Shown: positions 12,638-25,612 of the stretch, in pieces
How the letters are laid out: each line of letters begins with the position of its first letter
How positions within the stretch are numbered: position 1 is the first letter of the stretch
From: Blastocladiella emersonii ATCC 22665
Lineage: Eukaryota; Fungi; Blastocladiomycota
Length of the DNA stretch: 64,000 bases
Reading direction: 5' to 3'
Assembly (NCBI GenBank): GCA_025594325.1
Contig: JANHCV010000007.1
Coordinates: forward strand, 930,001-994,000
Notes under the pieces: generated by a model
What the model saw: only the letters and a program-made list of their open reading frames with translations
Databases searched by the model: none
What the model was told of the DNA's origin: nothing
Made by a program: the position numbers and the translations under genes

Positions 12638-15600
12638 CTACCAGTTACCCGAACACACGAGCGCGACGCCGCGCTTGATCCAGTGCGACTGCGGGTGCGC
12701 GCTCGGGAGCTCGATGGGCAGCACGAAATTGGTCGAGTGGCCCGTCGTCGACAGCGTTCCCGCGCGCGTCAGCGTCTTGTACACGGGGCAGTCGTAGATG
12801 CCCGTCGTCGGCTTGGTCCGGTTCTGCACGGGCAGCAGCCAGATCACCGCCATCTCCGTGTACAGCTCCTTGGGCCGCGACTCGGCCAGCACCTGCTCGT
12901 TGCGGTCCCACCGTGCGCCCTCGAGCAGCAGGCCGCGGATGTAGCACCCGTCTTCGGGCCGGTCCGTGATCTCGTCCCACGGCGTGTTGACGACGTGGAA
13001 CCCGAACGCCAGCTTGTCGATCGGGATCGCGTACTTGCGCGCGAAGTTCTGCATCGTCCCCGTCAAAAACGCCTGCGGGAAGTACAGCCCCGAGATCCAG
13101 AACACGGCCGGGATCCCGCGGTCGATCCACGTCTTGAGAAAGTCCATGCGCGCAACCAGGTCCGTGACCCAGCTGCCGAGCGGCTTGAGCGACGGGTAAG
13201 CGCGCGCCGACCACATCACCGGCACCTGGTTCACCGACATGCTGTTGGCCATGGCGTCGAGCTGCTCGCTCATCACCACCACGCCCTTGCACGCGCGGAT
13301 CAGGTCCTGCAGCGACGCGTGCACCAGCTTGAGCACGCGGTTGTACCGGACGACTTCTTGCACCAGCACCGTCGACATGGACTCCTTGTAGTCGGTCGGG
13401 TACTTTTTCATGACCGCCTCGAGGTCGAGCGGTTTCGACACGCGGGACACGATCGACTCGCACACGCCAATCAGCGCCTCCTCGCGGCTCACGGCGCCCT
13501 TGCCCGTGCCCGCGCGCGGCATCAGCGTCGTCAGCGTCTCGAACAGCGTGAACGTCTCCTTCTGCGCAAACGTGATGTTGGCGTTGCTGTGCATGCAGAA
13601 GATGTCGGTCGGCTCCTGCAGCGGCAGCGACCGGATGTAGGTCCGGTACGCGTTGAGCGAGCTCGCGGCGGCCGGCAGCTGCGCGTACGTGTCGCACGTC
13701 GGGGAGAACTTGTACCCGTCGGCCAGCGCCGACGGCGTGTAGTAGTCGGCGAGAATGTTCATGATCAGGCGCCGGTCCCAGTCGTCGGTCACGCGCCCGC
13801 CGTAGTTGATGTGCCCGACCGTGTAGTTGAGCACCTTGAACGGGATCTCGCGGTACTCGTTCAGGAACATCTGCAGCTGCCGCATGCAGATCCGCATGTC
13901 GCCGTCCGTGTACTCGTACGGAATGTTCCACCCGAGCGGACCGAACTTGCGCCGCTCCTGCACAATCGCGTGGAACAGCGACAGCGCGAACAGCAACTTG
14001 CGCCACTCGTTGGGCTTGGTGCACTCGTCGAGGTACTCGTCGTTGAACGACGCGTACGTCCGCAGCAGGTTGGCCTTGATCCCGTTGGGCGGCTCGATGG
14101 TCAGCTTGACGCCGTTCTGCAGGATCGACACCGGGAACTTGGGCGTTGGCATCGACGTCAGCCACAGCCGGAAGTCGCGATGCACCTTGTCGGGGGTGAT
14201 CGCGTCCACGAGCTTGTCGAGCGTCGGCATCCACGACGGCGCCAGGTGGCAGTTCTGCAGCAGGATCCACAGGCCCTTCTCCATGCCGTCGCGCAGCAGC
14301 GCCTCGGCGCGCGGACCCTGCCCCTGGCCCAGCGATACGGACTGCAGCTTCTTGCTGAACTTCATCTCCTCGGCAAACTTGTACAGGTTGTTGGCCGGGT
14401 CCGCGCCGGGCGACAGCACGAAGATGAGCGGCGTCCATGGCGAACTCTCCTTGTAGATGGCGCCGAAATCGGACGTCTGCGGCTCGATGAACCGGTCGCC
14501 GAGCGTCGAACCGACAAACATCTGGATCGCCGCCACCATGCGGTCCGCGGCCAGGCACCGGTACAGCAGCAGCTTCTGGAATGCGTCGACGCGCGCGTCC
14601 CAGTTGCCCGGCAGCGGCTCGAGGTGCGGCGCAGGGCTGTCGAACAGCTTGCGGTACGCGTCGGGCTGCAGGCAAAAGTCCTCGGCCAGCCCGCGGTACA
14701 CCTCGAGCTTGCTGAGCGTCTGCACCTCGGTCCACGCCATCTCGGTCAGCCACTCCTTGGCCGGGTTGGGCAGCGGGCCCGTCGCGGCCGAGGTCGACGA
14801 CTTGCCGCCGCCGCCGTCCCCGCCCGTCGGCGTCGGCGCGCTGCCCGTGATCAGGAACTTGAAGTCGTCGAGGTTCACCTTGCCCTCGTTGAGCAGGATG
14901 CGGACCGCGAGCAGGAACGAGAAGAGCAGCTTGTGGCGCTCGAACAGACTGCGGCACACGTTCGTGTACAGGGCGAAGGTGAAGTAGTCGATGATGTTGG
15001 TGAGGCGCACGTCGAGCTCGGGCGACTTTTCCGAGAGCTTGAGCGATGACGAGAAGATGTTCATGAACCACCCGAGCGAGTACTGGTACATGGGGTCGAT
15101 GCGCGACATCTCGGTGATGCAGAAGAAGAGGATCCGCGTGCGCACCGCCACGGGCACGTAGCCGCTGCGCGTCGTGTCAATGTCGCGCTCCGTCACCTCG
15201 GCCTGCGCGACCTTGGCCGTGATTTCCGAGGACGTCAGCTTCGACGCCGCCAGCGTGTCGATCAGCCGCTCGTCGTCCACGGGACTGCCCTGCACCGACG
15301 ACAGCAGGTACAGGATCTTGTCCTCGATCTCCTGCAGCTCCTTTTTCATCTGCGCGTTCGACAGCATGAGCTGGTTCTTGGCCTCCTCGAGGTCGGGGCG
15401 CTCGTTGGCGACCACGATCGCCAGCAGTTGGTCCTCGAGTCCCGACGCCGCGAGCGTGAAGTTGAGCAGCGTCACGATGGCCGAGATCTCGGGCGAGTAG
15501 TGCGGGTTGGGCAGCTTGGTCGTGATGTACAGCTTGAAGTCGTTGTGGTACGGCAGCACGTTGTCGCCGAGCTTGATCACCGTGTTGCCGTTCTGCTTGA

Positions 15601-18600
15601 ACGTCTGGCGCAGCAGCACCGGCTCGAGCGCCGCGTCGAGCTTCTCCTCAATGTTCTCGAGCAGGCACGGCTTGCCGAACCGGATGCTGTTCTCGAGCGT
15701 GCGCAGGTAGTCGCGGTCGCTGAGCTTGATGATGTCGAGGCCGTTGTCCTTCTCCATGTTGCGGATCCACTTGTTGGCCTGGCCCTGCGGGTCGATGAAC
15801 AGCGACCACCGCCGCGAGTTGGCCGAGATGAGCGCGTTCTCGCGCGACAGCGAGTCCTTGGGCAGGCCAGCAATCTCCCACGTGCGCACCTGCGACGTGT
15901 CGCCGAGCACGTCCATGAGCGAGGTCGTCGCCGAGTGCGGGATCCCAAGCTTGCCGAGGCACAGGCCCCACTCCTTGAGCAGCGCCTGGCGGTACTCGGT
16001 CGTGAACGGGCCGAGGTACGCGATGGTGCCCGCGGCGAGCAGCACGTCGCCAACAATGTTCTGCAGCTGGATGTCAAAGTTCTCGACCGACGCGGACCAC
16101 CGCACGCGCTCGCTGCCGAGCCCCGAAATCAGCTTACCCGCGCGCGACAGCTTCACGTTGCACTCGGCCACCTTGCGACCGAGCTCCTCCTTCTTGGCCA
16201 CCGACTCGAGGTACTTTTTCTCCATCTCGTTGATGTTCACCTCGGCCTCCTTGAGCTTCTGCCGCAGCTCGGCCACCGTCTTGAGCGTGACCTCGAGCGA
16301 GTCCTGCGCCTCCTTGAGGCGCGCGCGCTTGGGCTCGATGGACCGCGACACCCAGTAGTACTTTTCCATGGCGCGCGCCCACGCGCAGATCGACGTGGCA
16401 GCCTTGGACACCTTGCTGATCACCTCGACGGCGAAATCGGGGTTGTCGATGTACGGCTTGATCTTGGTCACGACGGCCTCGGGGATGTTGTCCTTGTCGT
16501 AGGTCATGAGCGAGTCGAGGAACTTGGCCGGCTCGGACAGGAGCGCCTTGCCGACCTCCCAGTAGTCGTCGACCTTCTTGCCGGGCTTGTCGCCGTCCAC
16601 CTTCTTCGGCTTCAGGCCCTTCATGATACACACGGCCTCCATGACGAGCTTGACGCCCTCGGGCGGGCGCTGCATACTGCGGATCTCGATCACGTCGTTC
16701 TTGGACAGCGAGTTGAGCGACTCGAGCGCGGCGGCCAGCGCCGGCAGGGCCTCGTCGAGGTCGCGCTGCGCGTCGTCGGCAATGCTCTTGGTCTCCTCGG
16801 CCTTCTTGGACGCCTCGGTCTCCTCGCGCTGCACGATCTCGCGGATCTCCTCGGCCTTGATCTTGTCGGCGGCGATCTTCTTCATGGCGTACTCGGTCTC
16901 CTGCGACGTCTGCAGCAGCATCGGCTGCATGGCCTCGAGCTCCTCCTGCAGCACCTGGACCTCTTTCGTCGCGTTGAGCAGCTTGTCGAGCCCCGTCGCC
17001 GTGCGCTTGCGCAGCGCCTGCACCTCGCCGCGCTTGCGCTCGAGCAGCTTCTTATACAGGGCGAGCAGCTCGAGGTACGACGTCGGCGTGATGTAGTTGT
17101 TGCGGCCGAGCTGCTGACGGTATTCGGCGCACTTGTCGCGCACCGACTCGTGCATCACGACGCACAGCGTCACGATGCCCTCGAGGATCACCTCGGTGCC
17201 GAGATCCGACACCTCGGCGATGCTGTTGGCGGCCACGGACCGCAGCGCCTCCTCGGGCCACATGGTGAACCAGTCGATGGTACAGCAGTTGACGAGCGAG
17301 GGAAACATGCGCAGGCGGTTGCGGAACGCGTCGCCGATCGGCGACATGCAGAAGACGAGGTGCAGCGACTCGCGCACGCGCTGCAGGTACGTCGAGAACA
17401 TGTTCTCCTTGGTGACCACGAGCCCGAGGTCCTGCGTCACGGGCCGCATCGCCGTGTAGATGCGGTCGAGGTCGTCGTTCGTGTACAGGTTCGGCACGTC
17501 GCCCGCGTTCAGCAGGTTGTTCACGTCCTCGACGCACGACTCCTGGAACACCTGCGTGTCGCAGTACAGGAACACGATGGGTTTCGCGTCGATCCCCGCG
17601 CGCGTCAGCACCTTCTTGAGGTCCTCCTTCCACTCGTTCTGCCCGTAGTTCTTGGAGATCTCGACCTGCACGCACTCGTACTCCTCCATGTGGCACGCGA
17701 GCCGCGCGAGACTCTGGCGCCCGCTCCCGCCGACACCGAGCAGCAGCGCGTTGCCGCCCGGCTGGCGTAGGATGCGGCAGATGCGCGAGACGTGCTCAAT
17801 GGCGTCGAGGAACATGACGAGCTTCATGGGCTTGCTCACCTGGTTGTTGTAGTCCTCGAGGTACTCCTCGGTCAGCTTGACCACCTTCTTGAGGTCCTTG
17901 ACCTGCACGTACTGCTTCGGGTCCGCGCCCGGCACCAGGTAGTCGCCGAACAGCACGGGCTCGACTTTGACCACGTCGTCCCACTGCACGTCGAGCGACG
18001 ACGCGAGCGTGCGCTTGACCAGCGCCTTGAACCACGTGCGGTCATTGGCGTCGACGAGCCGGTCCGCGAACACGCGCTGGCTCTCATGCAGCCACAGCAG
18101 CACCATGTCGCTCGTCGACTCGATCGTCTTCTGCTCGGCCATGAGCATCCCCTGGAAGATCTTGGACAGATCGCGCAGGTTGTACGTATAGTGCGACTTG
18201 GAGGGCGTCGGCAGCAGCTCCTGGCGCAGCGTGTTGTAGACGTGGATGCTCGCGCCCACGAGCCGGCGCGCGAAGTCCGTCGGCCAGTCGGTGCGCGGCG
18301 CCGTGACGCTCGACAGGATCGTCGTGAAGATGTGGCTCAGACTCGCGTCGTCCATCTCGACGAAGCTGAGCAGGTTGAAGTGCCGCGTCAGCCGCTGCGT
18401 GATTGGGTTGCGGCCACCGCCCGGCGGGCCCATGGCCGCCACGAACACAATGTCGACGAGCTCCATGAACTTGCCGACCTGCTTGCGGTCGAACCACCCG
18501 CCGTAGTCCATCCACTGGCGGATCAGCTCGATGGGCGGCTGCGCGCCCGTCGACTCCATCTGCGGCATGTTGAGGTCGTCAATGAAGATGACCAGCTTCT

Positions 18601-21600
18601 TGCCGAGCGGCGGGCCGTACACGCCCTTGCGCCGCTTCTCGACCTTGCTGTCGAGCAGGTCCTGCGTCTGGTTCGCCGAAGTGCGCGCCGAGAAGTTGAG
18701 GATCGTCGGCGAAAAGTGCTCGGCCATGCCCTTCATGATCTTCTCGGTGACGGCCACGCTCTTGCCAGTGCCCGTCGGGCCCGTGCACAGGACGGGGCAC
18801 TCGTTGTGCAGCAGCAGGTCGAGGAGGTACTCGTGGCGGATCGTGTCCATGGTCGACACCATCATGCCGTTGCGCGCGGGCACGTTGCCGTCCATCCACC
18901 GGATCCACCGGCCGAGGTCCGGGTCGTACCGGTAGTCGTGCAGCATGCCGTCCTGCGGGAGGTGCGGCGCGAGCTCCTGCAGCCACGTGCTGAACTTGGC
19001 GCGCGACGCGCCGTCCGACGTGGCGCCCGCCGACCACACGAGCGAGAAGTAGAAGAAGGCGTCGAGGTGCTTGGCGCCCGCGTTCGCGTCCTCGTCGGTG
19101 CGCGTCTTGTTGAGCAGCGCGCCAAAGATCTTGAGGCACGACTGCAGCAGGTTGCCGTCGGTCGTCGCCACGGCCTCCTTGATGGACCGCCGCGTGAACT
19201 CGAGCGCCGCGAACCCGTGCTTCTGGAACAGCGCCACGAGCCCGTCGCCGAGCGCCGCGGGCACGCCGCGCCGGCTCACCCAGCTCTTGACGAGCGGGAG
19301 CAGGCCGAGCGCGCCGGGCTCCATGTACACCATGCCGCACCGCGACACGGTCGCGGGCGACGCGTGCGCGAGGTTGTCGACCTCGAAGATCAGCGTCTGT
19401 GTCGGGATCAGCTTGATGATCTCGCCCGACGTCAGGCACAGCTTCTTGTTGTCGTCGAGCACCGTGTTCATGGTCTCGATCCACATGGCGTCGACGGGGC
19501 CGTCGAAAATGTACCACTTGCGGTCGGGCGACGTGTCGGCGGCGCCGTCGCGCACCATGGACGACAGGATCCCGTCGCTCCACTCGTGCGTCTGCTCGTC
19601 AAACTCGCCGTACAGCTGGCCCATGGTGATCGATTTCGGGTTGAGCGCGTCGACGCGCACCTTGCAGATGCCCGCGTCGGCGAGCGCGTCGCGCAGGACG
19701 CGGTAGCAGCACGTCTTGCCGCCGCCCGTCGGGCCGACCAGCATCATGCCGTGGCGCACGTTGATCGTGTCGTACATCTGCAGGCACTTTTGCAGGAACG
19801 AGTCCTCGGGTAGCAGGTGGTTCTTCTCGCAGATCTTGCCGAGCGACACGAGCAGCGCGGCGTGGTCGCCCTTGGGGAACGGGATCCCCGGGAACAGGTC
19901 GCTGATGATGCCGTTGAACAGCGGTACGTCCTCGGCGAGAAACTTAGGCACGTTCACGTCGCACAGCGCGCGCAGCAGGAGCACGTCCTCGGGCGAGTTC
20001 GGGTACTGTCGCTTGAGGTTGCCCGCGGCTGAGATGACCGTCTTGACGGCGCGCATCCCGAAATCGTAGTGGTCCTGCGACGAGAGCTGCTCCGACGACA
20101 GGCGGAACGTGGCCACCATCTTCTGCGCGAGCACTTTGGCCTCGGAGAACCCGAACGAGAAGAGCGAGATTTCGCCGATCATCCCGTAGTCCGGAATCAT
20201 CATGGCCACGGGCCGGAACAGCGCCTTGAGGTTGTCAGGCAGCTCGGTACGGCCGGCGTAGCCCGGGTTCATGGTAATGAAGATGGCGTTGGTCGGGTCG
20301 AGGCGCAGCTCGACGCCCTCGAACACGAACTTGGACATGCCCGCGGCCACGGCCTTCTGGATCGTCGTGATCTGCTGCGCAATGACGGACAGGACCTCAA
20401 TGTCGATGCGGTTGAACTCGTCAAAGCACGCCCACGCGCCGGCCGACGACAGGCCCTTGAAGAACTTGGCCATGGCCAGGTAGTCGAGCTGGTCCGAGCA
20501 GTTGAACACGACGCACTGCTTGGCCAGCGCCTTGGCCAGATCCTTGGTCGTCTCGGTCTTGCCCGTGCCGGCGGGGCCCGCGGGCGCGCCGCCCATGCCG
20601 AGGTGCATCGCGCCCGTCAGCGTCAGGTAGCACCGGTCCGTCAGCGGCGTGATGACGAGGCGCCCGTTGTTGCCGAGGTACTCGTAGCCGTACTTGAAGT
20701 GCGCGTTGACGATGCGAATGTGCAGGTCCTCGTCGGCCTCCCAGTAGTACCGCAGCTGCGAGATCCACTCGAAATCGTTGGGGTTATCGATCCGGTTCTC
20801 CATGAGCTGGCGCACCACGTCGCGCGAGTGCACGTCGATGACAATGAGGGCTCCGACGCACGCGCGCACAATCGGGTCGAGATCGCCGCGGACCAGCGAC
20901 ACGAGCCCGTCGAGCGCGGCCAGCTGGCTCGCGTACATTTCGCGCAGCGTGCCCTTCTCGATGGCCTCGGTGACGGCCTGCGTGAAGTAGACCTGGCTGC
21001 CAGCGATGACGAGCTGGCCGGGCCACTGCGTGACCCACTCCTCGCGCTTCTTGACGGGGTAGTCGGCGATGGCGTGCTTGAGCACGTCGCGCAGCGACGA
21101 CTTCATGGTGTTCTCGACGCGCATGAGCCACTCCTCGACGTTGCCCTGCGGGTAGAAGGGCTCGTGGAACTTGACGCACTCGCCGTCGGCCGAGTACATG
21201 GCCGTGATCCTGTTGTCCTTTTCGAACTCGAGCTGCGTCATATTCTCGAAGGCCTTGCGCAGGTGCGGCTGCACGGCGGTCGGGTCGCGCGTCTGCGACA
21301 GGATCTGCAGCAGCTCGTCGTCGGACAGGAAGAAGAAGCGCGGGAACGCGATGCGCTTGGACTCGAGGTACGCCGACAGACCCTTGGCGACCATCTCGAG
21401 CAGCTTGTTGCACTCGCGGAACGTGTCGAGCAGCTTGGCGTCGGCGCACGTATCGACGACGCCCGGCTTGACAGCGGCCGCGGCCATGGCCTTGCGCCAC
21501 GCCTTGTCGACGGTCGCGAACCGCTTGCTCTCGACGGGCAGCTGCCGCACAATGTCGGCCGACCCGAAGATGGGCTCGAGGTACATCCACTGGCGCTGGC

Positions 21601-24600
21601 ACATGGTCCACTCCTCGAGCACCTCCTGCATGATGCGCAGCTTGCTGTCCCACAGCGTGATGCGCTCGGCAAAGGGCTTCTTGAACGGCGAGAAGTTCAT
21701 GCTCTGCGTCATGACAATGTGGTCGTCGAGCAGGCGCGTCGTCTCGTCGGCGAGCTTCATGATGAAGGTGCCCGTCTCGCGGTACGGCAGGATCTCGAGC
21801 ACCACGGCCTTCCACTCGCCCTCCATCTTGTCGAGCGCGGCCTCGATGGCGTACTCCTTGCCGGCCTCCTCGGACACCTTGGTCAGCACCTCCATGCGGT
21901 CCATGAGCTGCATCTTGATGAGCTCGGCCAGCGTGGTGGTCTGGTTCGGGCACACGTTGACGCCGAGCTCGCCCGACAGCTTCTCCCAGTGGCGGTCGCG
22001 CATGCCCGGGTTGCGCAGCGCCTGGATCAGCGGCAGCGACGGCTTGAACGCCTCCATCTCGTCCTTGAGCTGCGTGGCGACCGCGAGGCACCCGGGCGCT
22101 TGCTTGAACGTCTTGACCGTCTTGAACATGGCGCGCCACGCGCCCATGAGGCTCTTCTCCACGTCCTCGGCGATTAGGTCCAGGAACGGCCCGTTGAGCC
22201 ACGCCGCCTTCCACTTGATCCAGTCGGCCGCGTTGGTCCACAGCGTCCGGTACGGCTCAAAGTCCTTGGCCATGGTCGCGAGCTCGTCGTAGTTGGTCAC
22301 GGGCAGGTTGAACAGCCGCTCGCGCGAGTTGTACACCTGGGCGAGCGCCTGCGCCTCCTTGAGCTCGAGCGTGACCTTCTGCACCTCGGCCACGATCTCG
22401 CCGAGCTTGCTGAGGTCCGCGTGGTGCGAGAACTCGGCAATGACGCCGCCGAGGTGGTGCAGCCGCTCCTTGAACAGCTCCTGGTCGCTCTGCAGCGTGC
22501 GAATGAAGGTCTGCTCGTCGGTGGCGAGCGACTCCTCGGCCTGCTTGAGCAGCTTGTCGACCTGCTGCGGCCACCCGAACGCGGCCCACTTGGCCTTGAA
22601 GTCGTCGTTGGCGAGCTCGTACCGGTACTTGTCGAGGACCGCAAAGTCGTGCATCATGTCGTCGATGAGCGCGCGCTGCGCCTCGACCTGCTCCGGCACC
22701 GTCGCCACGTACTCGCGCAGCTCGCCGAGCTCCTCGGCCTTGACGGGCTTCTCCTTGCACCGCGCCGACATCTTGGCGAACGCGGCCGAGATGGCGAGCG
22801 CCGACTTGGCCGTGCGCCGCGCCAGGATCTCGAGAATCACCTTGCTCAGGTCCTTGCGCAGGTCTTTGCGCAGCACCTCGCAGTGCACCTGGAACACGCT
22901 GAACGTGGCGGGCGCGAGGCTGCGGTCGAGGTCTTCCCACTCGGCCTGGTACTTGGCCATGTCGGCCTCCATCTCGGCCACGGTCTTGCCCGCGGCGTCG
23001 TACTCGGCGGCAAACGTCGCCACGTCCACGCGCAGGAGACGCAGGTGCGGCTCGAACTGCGCGCGGTGCGCGTCGAGGTCGCCCTTCATGCCCGCGAGGA
23101 GCGCGGCGACGTGCTGCTTGGCTGCGACGACCACGGGCTCCTGGCGCGTCACGCACGACAGCATCGTCTTGGTGGCCCAGAACAGGTGGCGCAGGACGAG
23201 CGGCTCGAGGTCCGGCACGCCCTCGAGGACCGTGAGCGCGCGGTCGACGAGCGACATGAGCAGCGTCTCGATGTGCTCCCACGGCACGTCGTAGACGACG
23301 GCGCCGTCGCGGTACACGAGCTCGAGGTGCAGGAGCGGGCGCTTGACGACGGCGGGGTTCCCCGCGAGCATCGCGATGAAACCCTCGAGCGTGCGCTCGA
23401 CCAGCGTGCGCATCGCGTCCTCCATGACGAACTTGACTGCGGTCAGGAACGTCTTGAGCCTTGACATGGCGTACACCTCGTAGCTCGCCACGTTGGTGTT
23501 GTACCACCCCTTGCCCACGCCCGCGAGCCCGGCCTCGACCGTCTTCTGCACCTGCACCGCCCACTCGCCGCGCACCCACGCGCGCTGCGCCGCCATGTGC
23601 GCCGTCTGCTCGGCCTCGAGCTCGTCGAGCCGCATCGTCTTGACGGGCACCACCACGAGCAGCGCGGGCGCCTCGTCGGCCAGCTCCGCGCACGCAACCC
23701 GCACGCGCCGCCAGGTGTCGAACACGGGCAGCTTGGTCACAAACGACTGGAACGCGAACTCGCGCCGCCGCGTTTCCAGGGACACGCCCGCGACCGCGTC
23801 CGCCACAGGTTTCGGGCCCGTCTCGGACTCGCCGGCCGTCGCCGAGGCGGGCAGCGACAGCTGCAGGTACGCGTACTTGCCGGCGCGCGGACCCGTCAGC
23901 TCGGCGACCAGCGCCATGCGCTTCGCCGTGGCCATGTACGCGGCGCGGCACTCGCGCGCGAGCGCGACGCCCGGCGGCTGTGACACGAGCGCGGCCAGGT
24001 GACGTTGCCGCACCGTGCACCGCGACGAGATCTGCGACAGCGTCGTCGCCGGCATGTCGGCCTGGTCGAGCGCTGGCATGCACTCGGTGAAGAGGGCGAC
24101 TTTCTACGGACGTCGGGCGGCGGTTGAGTGATGTGGTGCGGGAAGGGTGACTCGCGAGACGTACCAGGAGCGACCGGGCCTCCTTGAACGCCTGGATCGC
24201 GCACTCGATGCGGCGCGCGAAGATGCGCGCGTCCTCGGCCAGAAAGTGGAGGAAGATGCTACGCGACACCGCACGTTAGTGCTGAGTCCGAGTTTCATGG
24301 CACCCACACGATCGTACCGAGGCACATAAACGTCCTCGCCAGCCGTATCGTTGGCCGAGACCTGGATCCGCCACAGGCCCGTGGAGAGGTTGAACCCGGT
24401 CATGGCGACGGGCGTCCAGCGGCCGTTGATGAACGCGTTGGCGGGGACCGGGACCGACGCGGGGACCACGCTGCTGCCGGGGGACTCGGGCGTCAGCTGC
24501 AGGCCGCGCTTGTAGATGTGGATCGGCGGCTTGTCCATGTTGAGCCACTCGCGCACCTCGCGCGCCTCGAAATCGGTGTTGTCGAAGACATGCAGCGGGA

Positions 24601-25329
24601 TCGCCGTCTCGAGATCTACGTTGCGCGCGCGCGTGAGTAACGGGCGGAGTGAGCTGCGGAGTGCGACGTACCCTGCGGCGTAACACCCAGATCATCGAGC
24701 ACCGCCGAAATATCCTGCGCGGCAAACAGCCGGCGCTTGCGCTCGATCTCGATGCGGCGCGGCGTCTCGCCCGGCCGCGGCTGGAACGGGCGCACGACCT
24801 TGGGCTCGAGGACCGACGTCCGCGCCGCGCCGCTCTCGCCCCCTTCTTCTTCTGCCGCGGGCGCGGGCTCGGATGCAGCTGCGAGGTCGCCCGTACTCCC
24901 GCTCGTAGCGGCCGTCGACTTGATCAGGACCGCGGCCCCGCCACCCGCCGCGCGCGCCGCGCGCCGCACCTCGACAATGTACCGCGAGTCGGCGGTCGGC
25001 GGAAACATCTCGGACAGCGACCCGAGCATGTTTCCGGCCCCGTCGCCGAGCCCACCACCGCTCGGCGCGCGCGGGAGCGCGGGGAGGAGCGCGTGCGAGG
25101 CGCGCAGGTTCGTGTACTGGCCCGGTGCGGCGCCGGCGGATCCGCGCGCGAGCAGGGCGCGCGGGATGGTTGCGGCCGCATCGCCCGAGGCGGCGGCGAG
25201 GATGGTGGTGGGGTCGCCAGAAGTGGCAGGGGGTGGTGGTGTGGGTCGTGACCGGCCGGCGAGCGGGCCGAGGAGGGGCTGCGGCCGCCGCTTGGCGACG
25301 ACCGGGGCCAAGGGCGCGTAGGGGTGCAT
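12638..25329 (-). CDS. DNAH1: Axonemal inner-arm dynein heavy chain, DNAH1-like
   Basis: The 3813-aa ORF has AAA P-loops GPAGTGKT, GPTGGGKT, GPTGTGKS and GVGGSGRQS, a stalk/MTBD, and a C-terminal HWIKRGVAL. Upstream exons carry PRRIEIERKRRLF and IPLHVFDNTDFE, which are typical of the DNAH1 N-terminus. Putative ATG at 25329. Confidence 0.93.
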
Positions 25330-25612
25330 TTGCTGCCGTTCGGACGCCGCTGAGTGTGGAGTGTGTGCGTAGGGCGGCGTTGTGCGTGAAGTGCAATGGC
25401 GTGCAATGCTTGATGCGTAGTGTAAAGTGCGTGAATGGTTGAGCGAGCGATATCGTCGGAGCGCGAGACGGGGTCGCGTCGCGTCGCGTCGCGTCGAATG
25501 CGACGCGTCCCTCATGTGACCGTGAGACGCGGCGCGCCACGGGGTGTCTCCCCTCCCCTCTCTCCCTTTCGTCCAACGCCGAGCTACTTTCGTAAAAGCT
25601 GTGTGCATTCCA

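Noticed and set aside
12645-24269. Many long overlapping or antisense ORFs (e.g. 12683-15049, 15428-17770, 20069-22177, and similarly 54963-57920, 60864-62315)
   Set aside because: These are shadow frames of high-GC coding sequence. The translations are R/A/G-rich without recognisable motifs.
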